A stretch of 64,000 bases of DNA from Klebsormidium nitens (GCA_000708835.1 DF237025.1:93667-157666); one strand, 5' to 3'; positions 1-14,000 are shown, numbered from the stretch's first letter. Notes: generated by a model from the letters alone, not told the origin. Numbers and translations are program-made.

Positions 1-790
1 TTCGCCTCCGGTTTAAAGCCAAGGCGCCCTGTGTAGAGTCCCAATGGCAGCGTACAGTCTCTCCGGGCATCATAGGTACCGAAAGTGTGTACGAAGCTGT
101 CAGCGTGCATGAGAGGACAACGCACAGGGTCGAACGAGACAAAAGGTTTCGCGCCGAAGACATACGTTCACTGCTCACGTCAGCATTTTGCACGACGACC
201 CACCAGACGCGTGCGCTCGGCAGTCGCCCTCCAACGTCACTTTGGAGCTTGGAACGTCACTTGGTCAACGACCAGTATGCATGTCAACCGTGGTCTCACC
301 AGCTTGAGAATTCCGAAACGCCGCGCCGCGTCTCACAGCCTCGTAGGACAAGACGGTAAAAGAGAGGAAGCACTCTACCAACGTCTCGCAACAGCCTGGC
401 ATTGGCAAGAAACGGAATGGCTGCTTTCTCGTCGAGAGCTTTGATCTCTCCTCTGAGATTGGTGGAGGGGAGATTCTGCAGCAACGCCAGGTTACTTACG
501 TGCGCCCGTTGACGTGCGCCTTTGCTTATCAATACTGACTGCGCTGAGGTGATCCAGGCTGCACAAGATCAATCCGAAGAAAGATACTCTAGTTTGGGGG
601 ATTTGCACCTCTTCCTTCCCGCAAAAATGCTCTCGAGGCTCATCGAAGCTGTCCGATCCGTTTCTCAAAGGTAGCCTGCTGCAAAGGATCTTTTTTCCGT
701 CTCCTTCTGGCGCATCTAACTCTCTACGCCTTCTGAGCTGACAGCTGGCACGCATTACATTCCTGTCTGCGCGCGCGCACGATCCCAGCC

Positions 791-3700
791 ATGTCGGCCC
801 CGCCGCCCGGGTCGTTCCTCGACACCGGCGACAACGCGTGGCAGCTGACGTCAGCCACGCTAGTGGGCCTACAGACTATGGTGGGGTTAGTCATGATCTA
901 CGGTGGGGTGGTCAAAAAGAAGTGGGCGATCAACTCCGCATTCATGGTCATGTACGCATACGCGGCAGTTATGCTGGTGTGGGTCATCTGCGGCTACCGC
1001 TTCTCCTTCGGGAAATGGCTCATTCCGTTCTGGGGCCGCCCCGGAACGACGCTCGGCGCCGGATTCGAGTCCACCCAGGCGAATCTGTACGCGGCTTACA
1101 TCACCCCGGCCTACGGAATGGCGACCATGGTCTTCTTCCAAGGGGTGTTTGCGGCCATCACGGTCGCCCTCATCGCGGGGGCGCTCCTCGGGAGAATGAG
1201 CTTCCTGGCGTGGATGTTGTTCGTGCCCTTATGGCTTGTGTGCTCTTATTCGGTCTGCGCGTTCTCGATCTGGGGGGGAGGGTTCCTGTACAAGTGGGGC
1301 GTGCTGGACTACTCCGGGGGCTACGTCATCCACGTGTCGTCCGGGACGGCGGGACACGTGGCAGCCGCGTGGGTGAGCTCCAGTTATCCCTCTGCTTCCT
1401 GCGGTTCTGATCCAATTGCCTCAATAAGGGATCGCCCTAACAGTTCGCTTTAGGGGCCGCTCTGACTAAATGAATGTGAAGGACTCCTTTGCCGTTCAAA
1501 ACAAAAGATGTTGCTACCGCTAGAATCCTGAAGCCCTGATAATCAACGAATTGCAGTCGCAAAAATGCTTTTGGAGCAACGAAATCTCGCTCTTCAACGA
1601 AAGTGATCACCGCTACTTCTACGATACAGCCCATCGAAAACATATCCGTCTCACTTGCTTCGCAGCTCGGGCCCCGTCTCCTGCGTGACCGCGAGCGCTT
1701 CCCCCCCAACAACGTCATCTTCGTTATGGCGGGCGCCGGCATGCTCTGGCTCGGCTGGAACGGCTTCAACGGGGGCGACCCTTACTCGGCAAACGTCGAC
1801 GCGGGGGTCGCCGTTCTTAACGTGAGCGTCGCTCAGCGGAGCTCCTATTTCCCTTAAGTTCACTTGACCTCTCAGTCTCCGTCGGTCTCGGGGACACGCG
1901 TCCTCGAGAAAAACTTCCTCGGTCGCTAAACTTTGACAGACCGGTGATGCGTTCTGGAATTTCGCACATTATATTGGCCAGGGTTTCAACAGTAGAATTT
2001 GTTTTGAAGACGGGAAACCTCTCGGTCCTTTCCGATGTGCGGCGATTTCAAAAAACACGGCAAAAGCTAGGATTGGGAAGCTGAAAAGCGTCTCTCAGAT
2101 GCGTCAAACAAGATTATACGTTTAAGGCCCTGCTCTGATGCCTGACGCGTCTTCCCCGAGAAGCGCGCTCCGCTTTCTTTCGCTCCAAGAGATCAATGCG
2201 GACTCAAAACAGCTGACGCCTCTCGTGGTCGCCCTTTTTGCCCCGCAGACCAACATTGCAGCGGCGACCAGCATGCTCGTGTGGATCCTCCTCGACTACG
2301 TCTTCTTCGGAAAGCCGTCCGTCATTGGCGCCGTGCAGGGCATCATCACCGGGCTTGTTGTTATCACTCCGGGGGCCGGTAAGCTTTCTCGCTCTGGTTC
2401 TGCTCTGGAGAGTGCACGGGAAAGCTGAATCGTTCTCGGGGTCACGCAACTAATTGAAGATAACCGCCAGAAACAAGTAACGCAACGTTCTCTTGACCGG
2501 CGGACATGCGATTCTGCTTGGCCCATGTTTTGCAAGGTTTTCTGTCGTTCATTCCGCTGCCGTCCTGATCTGTGTCCGTCTGAAACGCCGATCGTAAAGA
2601 GTTACTAAGGATGTCACATCTCTGCCGAGTAGATTGAGCTCTGAAGCGCTTTCTATACACCTCGGACGTTACTAAACAACCCGCTTTTCCGCAGGCTTAA
2701 GCAATTCAACACTGCTAACCCCACTCCTAACCCGGTTTTCCGCAGGCTTCTACGACCCAAAACTGTTAACCAACTTCTAAACCCGCTTTTCCGCAGGCTT
2801 CATCCCCGGGTGGGCCGCGATCGTGGAGGGTGTCTGTTCCGGTTCCGTTCCGTGGTTTACCATGATGGTGCTCGCGCGCAAAGTGCCCCTCTTCAAGATC
2901 GTGGATGACGTATTAGGAGTTGTTCACACTCACGCTGTCACCGGGCTCTTGGGGGGCATTCTCACCGGCGTGTTCACACTGCGCGATCTGGCCGCGTCGT
3001 TCCCGACGTTCCGGCCGTCCAACGGGCTTGTCCAGGGAGGCGGTGGGCAGGTGTGAAAACTCTCGGTCTCTTCGTCTTCAATGTTCTCCGATGCGGGACC
3101 CAGAAGTTGAGAGTTCTCTTCCGTGCAGATGCTACGCTTGACACTTCGTTTACCGACTGAAGATTTTATGCCGGCGTCGAGCACGCTCTGCGAAGTCGAC
3201 TTCCGTTGCGCACTGGACCTGCCAACTAATGTGCATCTGGTCCCTTCTGGTTCTCCTGCAAAGAATAGAATCTTCTGCCAGGCCTCTTGCCCATGCGAAT
3301 ACCGTTTTATCAGTTTCTCGCTGTTCCTGTCGCTTTGTACGCCTCGCAACACCACATCTTCGACAAACGCACTTCTCCACTGACTGTCAAAACTTTTTCA
3401 AGGAAAGTCGTCCTTCCCTTCTTCACACCCCATGTTTGCCAAGAACTTCTCACGGTGTCAACACCCTCTCTGTTTTCCCCTCCCGCAGTTCGGCAAGCAG
3501 ATCGTGGGCGGCCTCTTCGTCGTCGGCTGGAACATCGTGCTGACGTCGCTCATCATGCTCTTCCTCAAGCTGATCGTCCCGCTGCGGATGTCCGACGCGC
3601 ATCTGGAGATTGGAGATGACGCGGCGCACGGGGAGGAGGCATATGCCCTTTGGGGGGAGGGGATGACGTACGACGAGTCGCAGCACGGATGGAGCGGGCC

Positions 3701-3809
3701 CGAGGAGAAGAGCGCTCACGCGGAGAGGGTGGTCAAAGAGGGGGGATCCCCCGAGGGAATGGCGGCAGGCGGGGAACATACGCGGCTCAAAAGTGCCGCG
3801 ATGGTGTGA
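791..3809 (+). CDS. AMT2: Ammonium transporter, plant AMT2/MEP-type (copy 1), 5 exons, ~480 aa
   Basis: Exons 791-1372, 1666-1821, 2249-2378, 2797-3050, 3489-3809 join in frame with GT-AG boundaries. Motifs: [58 protein letters not shown]-terminal HGEEAY. Confidence 0.96.
2671..2800 (+). repeat. Triplicated 3' splice-site unit (ccg(c/g)ttttccgcag|gctt), 51-nt period, AMT2 copy 1 intron 3
   Basis: AG at 2693-2694, 2744-2745 and 2795-2796 (real); each is preceded by a ctaa(a)c branch-like motif and followed by gctt. Confidence 0.9.
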
Positions 3810-4816
3810 TCGAAGAGAACTCGATCGAGGAGGGGGCGCTTGCGAAAAGACCCTTCAAGAAAAACGCACAATAAGTGCATTCTGTGGACGACATTTATAA
3901 GGGCTAAGAGAGGACACTACGATTCCTTTGCGCGGAAGCATAGGCACTACGTACTCATAGCGTAGATCGAAGATTCAAGGCGTATTTGGATGCCTTGTAA
4001 AGCAGACAGTCACGTATGGTTCATTAATCCCGGATCGCCGAGTTTGTTTGTTGGTTTATCAGGTCAAGAAGCATTCTAAAACATGAAGTTGCACAAGGTA
4101 TACTCACATCATGCATGGTGGCATTATAAATCGAGTTTTTGGGCGGCCTGATTCCCGTGGGATTTTGTCGAAACTTGAACATGCCCGCGGACCTTCTTAT
4201 TTACGCGTTAATCAAATGCCAGTGCGTTATTTGTAACTCATGTGGACTTCAAACGAACAAGGAGAACGGATACCTCCAAGGTGCAGCCCATGACCGGGCA
4301 TATGCAGTTCGCGGATCGAGCGCAATACGGCATGCTGCATGAGTACGGTATGTTTCACTCGTTAATATTCTACCCAGCCGTTGCGCGCATTATTTTCGCA
4401 AAGAGACAGTAATCGCATTCAAAAAAGGTAACCCTGTAGCTTTCCTTTCGCAATCATGCCACATAGAAAAGGTGCCTTATGCAATCAACGTATGGTACGT
4501 TTTAGTCCAAGGAAACATTGAATCCAGGCTCGGTAAACATTCATCAATAGCGGGCTTTCAGAGTAAGTATACAATTACGAAACCAAGCAGCCAGCGGACC
4601 AGACTCCACTACCAGCACTTGCTCAAAAGACAGTAAAGCGTGCGAAAACTGGACCATGTTTTACACGACTGGAGCCGATTCGCAGGTCTAAAAATGATGC
4701 CCCACGCATATCAACCCAAACTCTATCGGGCTCACTAGACGTTCACATTGAAGCAAACTACGGATTTTGTATACAGGATATCTACACCAAAGGGCCCAAA
4801 TCAAAGAAATTGCTTT

Positions 4817-7115
4817 TTACAAAAGTGGATACACCTGCGCCTTTTCCTCTTCCTTTCCTACTGCTTCGCCCTCCTTCGACGCCACAACCCAAGCCGCCCC
4901 ATCTGGACCGTACACGGCCGCCGGTACGTACCCCTCTGCGGACACCCCTTCTATGCGGTTCATCTTAAGAGGATCATACGCGTACTGAGCACTCTCTTGG
5001 GCTCGAGCACCCCCCAGAACATATCCAGGGGGGTACAGCAGCCGGACCCCCACGCCCATCTGCCCAATCTCGGTACCCCCGGGCGCAACGACCACCCGCT
5101 TTCTGCTGCACCGCTCGCCCCCCTCTGACACCCGAAACTGCGCCGCGAGCGTCCGGGACTCCCCGTCCAGACAATCTGCTAGGTTTACTCTGGCGTGCCC
5201 AAGCAAAACGACTTTTTTGATCTTGCCAGTGATGCTGCCCTTCCGGCAGCCGTAGAGCTCGAGCAGCAGGTCCCCGGTTGTGAAGCTACCGGAAGCGGTT
5301 TGGGGAAGGGCGAAAGAGAGGTGAGGACCCGTGCCCCAGGAAAGGTTGAGAGCGTCGGTGCTGGACCGGTGGAGCATGGTCAGCCGATGCGTAGTGTCGT
5401 TAAGCTGCGACAAAACGCGGACTTGATTAGAAAACACGAGCGGGTATTTGGCTGGTGGCATGTCGTAACCACATGGAAATCAAGTGTGAAGGGTTATTGA
5501 GGACGGAGCCTGGTCCAGCAACATGTGGCTTGTTTGATGATGCGCGGTGTCACTACAGTAACCAGTACAGATTCCGAAAGTGGGCAATACTATATACTTC
5601 TGCAAAAGAAATCGCCACCAACCGCTCGAAAGAGGAATATGCTGAGATCGAGACCAACGGCAGAGTCCTAAACTCCTACACAAATAAAGGTGAAACGACG
5701 CTTTTTCTACATGCTGAAAACAAATTCGGAACGAAGGGGATGTCCTGTACAAACAACGGCGAAATGTCCCTTTTCCGGAGCATGAAGGGAGAGAAAGGAG
5801 ACCTCTTAGTGCTACACAAAAACACAAACCATAGCAGAATCACACATGTGCTTGTCGTATAACCGAATTGAGTGACCAGCGCTGCAGATTTCTGCCCAAG
5901 CATCAACAGAATCTATTCCTTGTGCCGGCACCATTCGAAGTGCTGAGAAGCGCAGCGACCATTTAAAAAAGGTTTCAGCACCAAAACTTGCTCGTATCTA
6001 AAGTCTGAAAGAGACTAGAGCTTCTGATTGGTTAGTCAATTGTATGTTTAGTAGCTACTTCTGCAAAATGGAAGCCCAGTGACTAAAAAGAACTACACAG
6101 CGGGATGTCAACCCCTGAAAGGACATTCTTTGAGATTACAAGCGCCTTGAAGGAGGTTCAAGATAGACACAGGCTCCGTCAAAAGCCTGCTTATCAAAAA
6201 GCATGTCAACCTCTGTCAGTCAACTGCTTACCGTGGCACTCAAGAAGTAGGCCTCTGGCACATAGACCTTTCTCTTCCTCCGCTTGGACACCGAAACCAG
6301 TGGGCCCGAGAAGTCGCCAAGCGATAACTGTGGGAAAAAGAGGCAAGATCGTAAGGGCTTGAGAGACAGACTTCCATCAGCATCGGAGAAAACCGATGCC
6401 ACTGATTGATCTCTGTCGCTTGACTTCCCAGTTAGACCTGAACTCACTCCAACAGTAAGCAGCTTTTAAGTACAGGTAGTTTGCCTGGACTTTGTGGGCT
6501 TAGTTACCTCTGTACAGGACCATAAAAATGCAAAGAAGAAGAGAGGGACAATTTTGGACAAGTTAAGGACCGCCACAGCACAGCTCAAGTCGCCAGCGCA
6601 GCACACACAGTGAAACAACAAACCGAGTTCAATTTGATGCCTCAGTAATGCAATTTAAGCCCTGAATCGCATGACGACTGATTACAAGGACCACCTTTGC
6701 AGACAAGGCCAGAGTTCTAAAGCAAGTTGGCCAACTCTATGAAACATCACATGCTCCACCCAAAAGCACGGGGCCCCGGCAAAGTCTTCCTTGTAAGCGC
6801 CGCAATAGAATTTCCTCACAGAACACACATTTCCACCTCAAGAAGTCCTGGCTGCCTTTCCCTCAGCTTGCGTCAATCAGGTCCTTAAGAAGTTTCCTAA
6901 GTCTGAGCTCTCACCTGCACCGTAACACCGGAAGCTCTAGGGGTACTCCCCGGAATTGAGTACCGCTGCCCAACATATCCGTGAGCCCGCCTTTGATTGC
7001 GCATGCGATCTTTGTTGGCGCTGACGAGTATCGCGACCCCGACGAACACTGGGATCAGGAGGAACAACATAGAGAGCGGGTTTGAGCACAACCGAAGTTC
7101 TGATTGAGATGGTTT
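4817..7115 (-). CDS. Putative transmembrane + C2-domain protein; 5' end unresolved
   Basis: Exons 7115-6915 (201 nt), 6327-6232 (96 nt) and 5404-4817 (588 nt) are all phase 0 with canonical GT-AG. Product has hydrophobic LSMLFLLIPVFVGVAILVS, then C2-like strands VTVQLSLG..YFLSATL..STDALNLSW..LLLELYG..LLGHARVNLADCL. Confidence 0.6.
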
Positions 7116-7721
7116 CTGAAAGAGCAAAAACCGTTGACAACACCTTGTGTCCTCTGAACTGTAGATACTGCTGTCCCCTGGTTGCCAATGACAAGTAGTT
7201 GCAAGGAGATTGTTCCTCTATTGTGCGTCCACCACTGTACGAAAACGACAAGGCCGATGCTTCACGTGCAGAATGCACTCTCCAGCTTCCTAATCGCTTT
7301 CCAGCTTTTAAACAGACCCTTGCAGCAGCGCTCTCCTGAGCCCAGAATCGGCTCGTTTCAATCCAGACGCCAGGACTCGGGAGTTCAACGAAGCACACCG
7401 CAGAGGTGCCCAGAGTTGGATAGGGGCCGCTATGGCGCCAAGCAACTGCCGTGCACACGCTGCTAATAGAATCGTGAGGTCCTGCAGAACCTGTGCCCCA
7501 GCTACGCAGAACCTTCAGAAGCTCCATATGCATGCAAAATTGGGTGCCTTTCGAAGTTTCGAAGCTCAATCCTGCATGACGTCACACCTGTGGTCGTCAT
7601 TCCGGGATACCCGGTTCCCCGGTAAGGTGGTACCAGGTGGTACCCGGCCTGCAGGCCGCGGCCCGGTGAAGCGAAGCCGCAGACTGCACAATGAGCGCTA
7701 GCCGATCTACCTGGATCTACC

Positions 7722-7769
7722 GACGCGGGTCACCGATGTGCACCGGACGCGGGTCACCGATGTGCACCG
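7722..7769. repeat. Perfect 24-nt tandem duplication (gacgcgggtcaccgatgtgcaccg x2)
   Basis: Read directly: 7722-7745 and 7746-7769. Confidence 0.9.
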
Positions 7770-8657
7770 GGTACCGTATATTTCCAGACAGCTCGATCCG
7801 TACGTACCGCGCCCGCGCTGCCCTTGATGCCCACGGGGTGCACGTGGGCCATTTTGGCTCATCCCATAGGCTGAAACTTTGCTTACTACCTAATTGATCT
7901 AGGTATGGTGGTCATGCAGTCATGTACCGTGTGTAGCTCTTGTCCAACCGAACGTTCCACGGTCCACCTCAGAATCACTGAGGGATAATTCAATACTTCC
8001 ATTTTTGTGTGCAATCTGATGGATTGTTAACTTTCAATCTGATTGAAACGGCCAACTTTGTTACCCAATTGTACATCCATCCGTAGTCACCTTTAATAAA
8101 GAAAAATTCACATAGAGGAAAGCCCAAAAGCAATACGTAGATAACGATCCCCCCAGGTTTTGTATCAACTGTGCAAGCTTATTAAGGCCGGAGTGTATAC
8201 TTAAAATCCACCTTAATCACCATCAGAAGGCTCTAATCTAGCAATTTTGAATCGTACACATGCTCTCATGCAGCACAACACGGCAACCTGGCCGGCTCCA
8301 ATCCATCGATCTCTTGTGCCAACAACTGCATATGACGAAGTAACCCGGCAAACTTTGTGACTCCAAACGAACATACCGTATCTTGAATATGATCTCGCCG
8401 GCGAAGTTGCAAGCTCATGTAGAGTGGTGCTAGCTAGTCCATGTTACATGCCCGGTTGCCTGACCTACATTATTTTCTACAAACATGTATGACTACATAC
8501 AATGACAGGTTGAACATGAAGTTCGCCAACAACTTTCACCGAGGCGTTCAATACGTCTCAGCTCGGAGCAATAAAATGATTCTTATTCAGCCCTAGCTCC
8601 TTCCTTCCTTTTGCAAAGCTCCCGCTGTAAGTCGTTGCAAAGGCGGATGTCTTAGTC

Positions 8658-10342
8658 CTAGATACTACCTTTTAGGATTCGGAATGAAAACATTTCGCTT
8701 GCTGTACTCGCACGCGTGCTATACGAGGGTTTGAGCAGAACGACGTCCTCGCCACTCCATCGCCGAAATACTTCATCAAATTCGGCTGCCGCCGCCACAA
8801 TGTACCTAGTCAGGTCAATCGAGAAGCACTCGTCAAATCTACAGGTGGAACTTCCGCTTCCAAAGAAGATCATATCAGACATAGCTTCCTGAGGCTAAAC
8901 GCGTCATCTCACCTCAACTAAAGGCGGTGAAACACGACCTTACTCGATAAACTGATTGTAAAAGAAAGTATCTAATGACTCAATCTGGACTCTACAATCA
9001 GGAGAGCTGAAGATCGGCCAAGGCGATAGTGCAATCTGCCTGAATAGAGTAGCAAGATGAGACGGCAAAAAATTGCTTTCTCAGTTTCTGTTACCCTAAA
9101 AGCATTGTTCTTTCCCGATCCTGACTTTTGAACTCGATGTGTGAAATTGCTAACCTGACTTGCGAAGACTGAGTTCTCTCTGAGATACTTCAAAAAGGAC
9201 TTGCGCATAATGTGAGGTGCAATTCCAGCCCGACTTGTGAACTTTGCGATAATGCCTGATTTGCAAACCTTGCGATAATCTGAGATACCTTCAAAACCTT
9301 GCCGAGATTGTGAAAAGGATCCTCTGACAGCGTGACACGGCACTTAGCCCTTGTATCATGGATGCTCCTGATAAAAGCATCTTGATTGTCTGAGAGAAGG
9401 CACCATCTAAGAAGCAACAGATGTCTAAAAACTTTTGACTCATTTCCACAACCTCTTATAGATACAGTGATCCTTCTTCCCCTAAGGTAGAAATTTTCGC
9501 CGTTCTCAAAATAACACCATCTATTAGATACTCGAACCAAGTCCAGCAAACACTCACTTGAACCCCATGTGAACGTCCTGCTCCTCCCAAACGATTACGC
9601 TCGCTCCGAGCCCCGCAACAAAACCCCCCAACATGGCCATCAAGACCATCGCCAGAAGTATGAATGGCCAGATGATGGAGAAGAAGACGGCCCCTTTCCT
9701 TGACAGAATCCCCTCCGATGACCAGGTTCTCCTTAGATTGAACCAAAGAATGGGGAAGAAGGACCTCAAGGCAAGCGCTGTGACCAGTGTCCCGTCCACA
9801 AGCATGCCTAGCACACCTGCGAAGATACACTCTGCCAAGTGGAGCAAGCTAATGTCATACGGCTTCTCGACCGCCCGCTCACGAAACTCCCGCAGGTATC
9901 CAAAGTAGTTGTCATAGTTCCAGCTTGCGAAGTCCTTGATGCATTCGAGGGCACTTAGGAGAATTGGCCGCCTCTGGAAGGCGTCTCCATATACCACCTG
10001 ACCAAATATGACCAGAACGGGGCCTCCAATCACACTCGCAGTCAGGACAGCGAAAGGCCAGGCGACTAGAGGTACTAGCAACAGAAGCAGGGCCAGGATT
10101 TTGACATTTCTCCCAAGGACTCGCGTCCTAACAAGCGTCCAGTAAGTGATGACCGCATCATGTGGCAGCAGCGCAACTGCGACCAGAAGGTTTCCAATGG
10201 ACAATGTGACCGATGCAACAAGAGACCGGCAGAGCCGAACTAGGACATATACCACTCCCTGAAAAGTCCACACTACAAATGCACTGAGGCTTCTCTGCCT
10301 GAATTCAGTCACAATAGAACGCTCGCCACTGCCGCGCAACAT
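8658..10342 (-). CDS. Plant membrane protein, At3g27390/At4g12680-like family; both ends uncertain
   Basis: ORF 9554-10342 carries family-like segments SIGNLLVAVALLPH..YWTLVRTRVLG..VKILALLLLLVPLVAWP..ASVIGG, KPYDISLLHL, GVLGMLVDG. Donor after 9558 joins acceptor at 8805 to give GFK|YIVAAAAEFDE, resembling the family motif GLCYIVASVSIYDEY (recalled). Confidence 0.75.
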
Positions 10343-11046
10343 GACAAACAGAGAGTGGACGCACTGATGTTTCCATCCACTCTTTCATGAGCTGCATGCA
10401 GTGCTGAAGGAACCTGTTGAGGATGTTGCAGAAGTACCAAGGGAGCAGTCTGTGAGGTGCTCAGCCTGTTGACGACCAGACATTTGAAAGTGTCCGCGCA
10501 CTCAATGTCATTCAGGCTCTGGCTCTGCCCCCTCCTCTGGCTCTGCCTCCGAGTCGTTCTCAGCCTCACAGATCGTTGAACACCTTACTCAGAAAACTCG
10601 GATCTCCAGCGACAAGATCTGACACAGAACTGCCACCGCTGGTCTGATGGATAAGTAAAAATTTGTCGTCGTAAACATATGGTGTCAAGTTCTTGCGCCA
10701 GATCGCCCTACCACCGTAACAGTTGCCCCACAACTGCCCACGAGGTTCAGTCCAACTCAGTACGGTGCGTCCATCCGACTCATGTGAACTCCAGCTGTGG
10801 CAAGAACTCGGAGTCGGAGTTGAAGGTGGTTGAAGGATTGCTGGTTGCTGGTCAAAAGCTGGAAAAGTGTCACTGTTGTGGTGGCGCTCACGAAGTGTGG
10901 CAGGGGGCAAGCAAAAGTTTTGAGTGTCTCGGATAGCTACCATCTTTTCAAGGAAAGAGGCAACCAAGCATTGCGAGGGAATGCATTGCGAGGCAACGTA
11001 TTGATTAATTTGCCGCGTCACAGCAAAACCCACATCTGCAATCAAC

Positions 11047-14000
11047 ATGGATTCTTCCGATGATGTTGGAAGCATCAAGGCATTCCTGCAAAACTGCAGT
11101 GAGTCAGCCGGGCAGGTAAGTCAAATCATGTTCCTGACAAATCAAAGAGTGACCTTTGACCTACATTCTTGTGCAACGCCTGTGCTATGTAGGTCCAGCT
11201 TTTCCAAATGTGCCCCTTCTGCCTCATATGAATGCCGTCGTTCTAGCTTGAGCGTGCGCCTGTTTGAGGACGGCAGCTGTGATTGCCAAATCAATCAATG
11301 GATTGTGACAACCATAGATTGAAGTAACTTTTGTTTGACAAACCAATAAGGAGCTGCTCCATGTAGCCAATCGTCTGTGTTTCGGTGTCTGGTGGTTCGC
11401 TAGAATGAAGTTGGCACTTCTCTCTCGGTCAAGTAGTCAAGGTTGTTGAGGTTGTCCAGGATGATGTGGTGTCCGTAGGATCATGCTTCTGCCTTTCCCA
11501 TTCAGAACGTCCAATTCAGAAACATTTCAAGCCTGCTCCATCAAGGAATGTCTGACTTGGCCGCCAAGGGCCGCACCTGCACATTTGACATCCTTGACAT
11601 CGTTGATGCAGGCCTACAACAACTTCAAAGGTCTCCTGCAAAAGCTGGAGGATCCTCAATCCAGAGTTGCGACCCGAGTCTTCCTGGATGCAGTATACAA
11701 GTATGTGCAGAAAGAGGAGGCTGGGATTGACAGCCTCGCTAAGTACCACTTCAGGCTCCATGAGCTGGCCCTCTGCTATGAGGGTAGGCCGCTCCGCCTT
11801 CGGCTCTTTGGATTTCCGCAAACTGATTGATGGGACATACATCATCAGCTGTTGCCTGGTAGCTTTGAATTAGGCGGACCGGTTGTTGCCTTAGCACAAC
11901 TTCTGTGAGTTTCTGAGATGACTGCTTCCACACAGGGCATTGTATTTGCTGCCCGCTCAAAAGCAATGTGAAGATTCTGGAGGAGTGAACTTCTCTACAA
12001 GATTGTGACAGGGCCTCGCTGTTCAGTGGCGTTTGGTGCAGAGAAATCAGCTTGGTGCAGACTCGATGAGGTTTCAGCTCTTTTCGAACATTATCCTCTG
12101 ACTTATGATCAACGCAGTGAGTTTAATAATCGAAGACTGAGAGGAAAGTATGACGATCTTTCACGCATGTTTCAGGTTGGGAGCATGAAGCTGAAAGGCA
12201 GAAGTTGCAGCTGCTGGAGCTCCCTGGAATCTTCATCCCAGAGGAGTGGTCCTTCACCTTCTTTGAGGGGTAAGGAGGGGCGCTCAGGCTACAGTTGTAA
12301 CCTTGGCGACTCACCTGCGGACGCTGGTCAAGGCTTCAAGGTTCCAGCACTACAATACGCGACACTGTATCGCAATTGTTTTCCGTCTGGCCTTCTATGT
12401 AAGTGCCTCTGAATGTAAGCAGATGGGTGTGCCTGCAAAAAGCTTGTCGAAGCTGGATCCAGCACGCCTCCCATTTCACAATATCAGGTCATCAGAAGTT
12501 TGGTTTTGTTGCAGGCTTTCGCGCTACCCTGAGAGCGAGTTCCGGGACAGAGACGTCTGCGAACTCGGGTGTGGCAATGGCTGGGTCAGTCTGGCCCTAG
12601 CTGAGCGGTGGTCCCCCAGGAAGGTGCGGGCAACAACTTAGCTCAGATCTCCTTTTCCGCTACCATGTCCAGCGGTGCACACCAGTTTGCATTTTGTGTC
12701 ATAGGGACAAGCGACCCCTGATACTCCTGTCTCAATCTGTCCATGTCTTAGCAAGAGCGGGCTTGTGAGAACTGTATCGCCCTTCGCTCTTGCTTCAGAT
12801 TGGATAAACTCTGCTGCCCCGGCCAGTGAAGGAGCAGAAACCACAAAATCCTTACTTCTTCTTGATGTCTCATCCAACGTCCAGGTTATTGGCCTGGATA
12901 TCAACCCGCGCGCCATCAAGTGCGCTCAAATCAACCTGTTCCTCAACGCACTGAACCCTGACGGCAGCCCCTGCCTCGACTCCGAGGGCAAGTCCCTGCT
13001 GGACCGCGTCGAGTTCCACGTCAGCGACCTGCTGGCTCACTGCATTGAGAACAAGATCGTCCTGGACCGGATCGTTGGTTGCATCCCTCAAGTAAGGCTG
13101 AAGAAAGCAGGGTTATGGTTTCCGGTTTGGTCTGCTCGAGGAGACATTGCAAAGAGGTTGGTCTAGGCTAGCTTTAAAATCCCGTACTCTTCACGCTTCA
13201 GCTCATCCGATGTTAAGAGAGCTTACTCTGCTGGAAAGGCTCGTCGCGCATATTTATCCAGCATTCCAGATTGTTCTGTGCTTGGCAGAGGACAAGCCAA
13301 TGATTGGTATGAGCAACTTTCTAGCTTCACCGTTTCTGCCCACAGCTTGCTAGGAAGCTATAAAAATCCTGAGCGGATGCTTTCTCGTGACAGATCTTGA
13401 ACCCCGATCCGGCCGCAATGTCGAAGTTGGTCGTTGAGAACGCGAGCGAGGAGTTCCTCTACTCCCTCAGCAACTACTGCAGTATGCAGGTGACATGCCA
13501 CGATTTGTCTAGATGACATCTGGTTTGATTCGCCATTTGATGCATTTTTTGCTTGTGATTCAATGCTTTTCGCTTCTCTTTCCATGATGCATAGTTCCTC
13601 AGAAGATTATGGCGGTTCTGCAAGCTTCAGAAGAATCCGAAAGTCGCCCTGGATTGCTCCGAGTAGGAACTGTTTCGGCGACTTCGATGCCGTCTGGAAT
13701 TCGAAAACGGACGCCCTCGTACAGAACCCTCTGCTAACCGTCTCCTCTTCCGCCAACCGTCTCATCTTGGGCTCTCTTGCACTTCTCACAGGGGTTCGTG
13801 GAGGACCAGTTTGGTCTCGGGCTGATTGCCCGCGCCTTGGAGGAGTCGATCCAGGTAATCAAGCCGGCAGGCTCCATCATAATGAACATGGGCGGCCGAC
13901 CGGGGCAAGCGGTCCTAGAGCGGCTCTACCGGCGCAGGGGGTTCAACATACGCAAGGTGCGCGGACTCGTTTCATGACATTTGACTACTGCCTTGTGATA

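Noticed and set aside
3180-3310. Possible very old echoes (AMT2-1 intron 4; also MMT ~16841-16900 and IFT88 ~39740-39810)
   Set aside because: Similarity is too weak to separate from chance by eye; needs alignment statistics.
5455-5862. 135-aa plus-strand ORF
   Set aside because: No recognisable motif. It lies antisense within an intron of the C2 gene model.
10566-11078. 170-aa minus-strand ORF overlapping the MMT start
   Set aside because: No family features. At most a small part may be an upstream exon of the membrane-protein gene.
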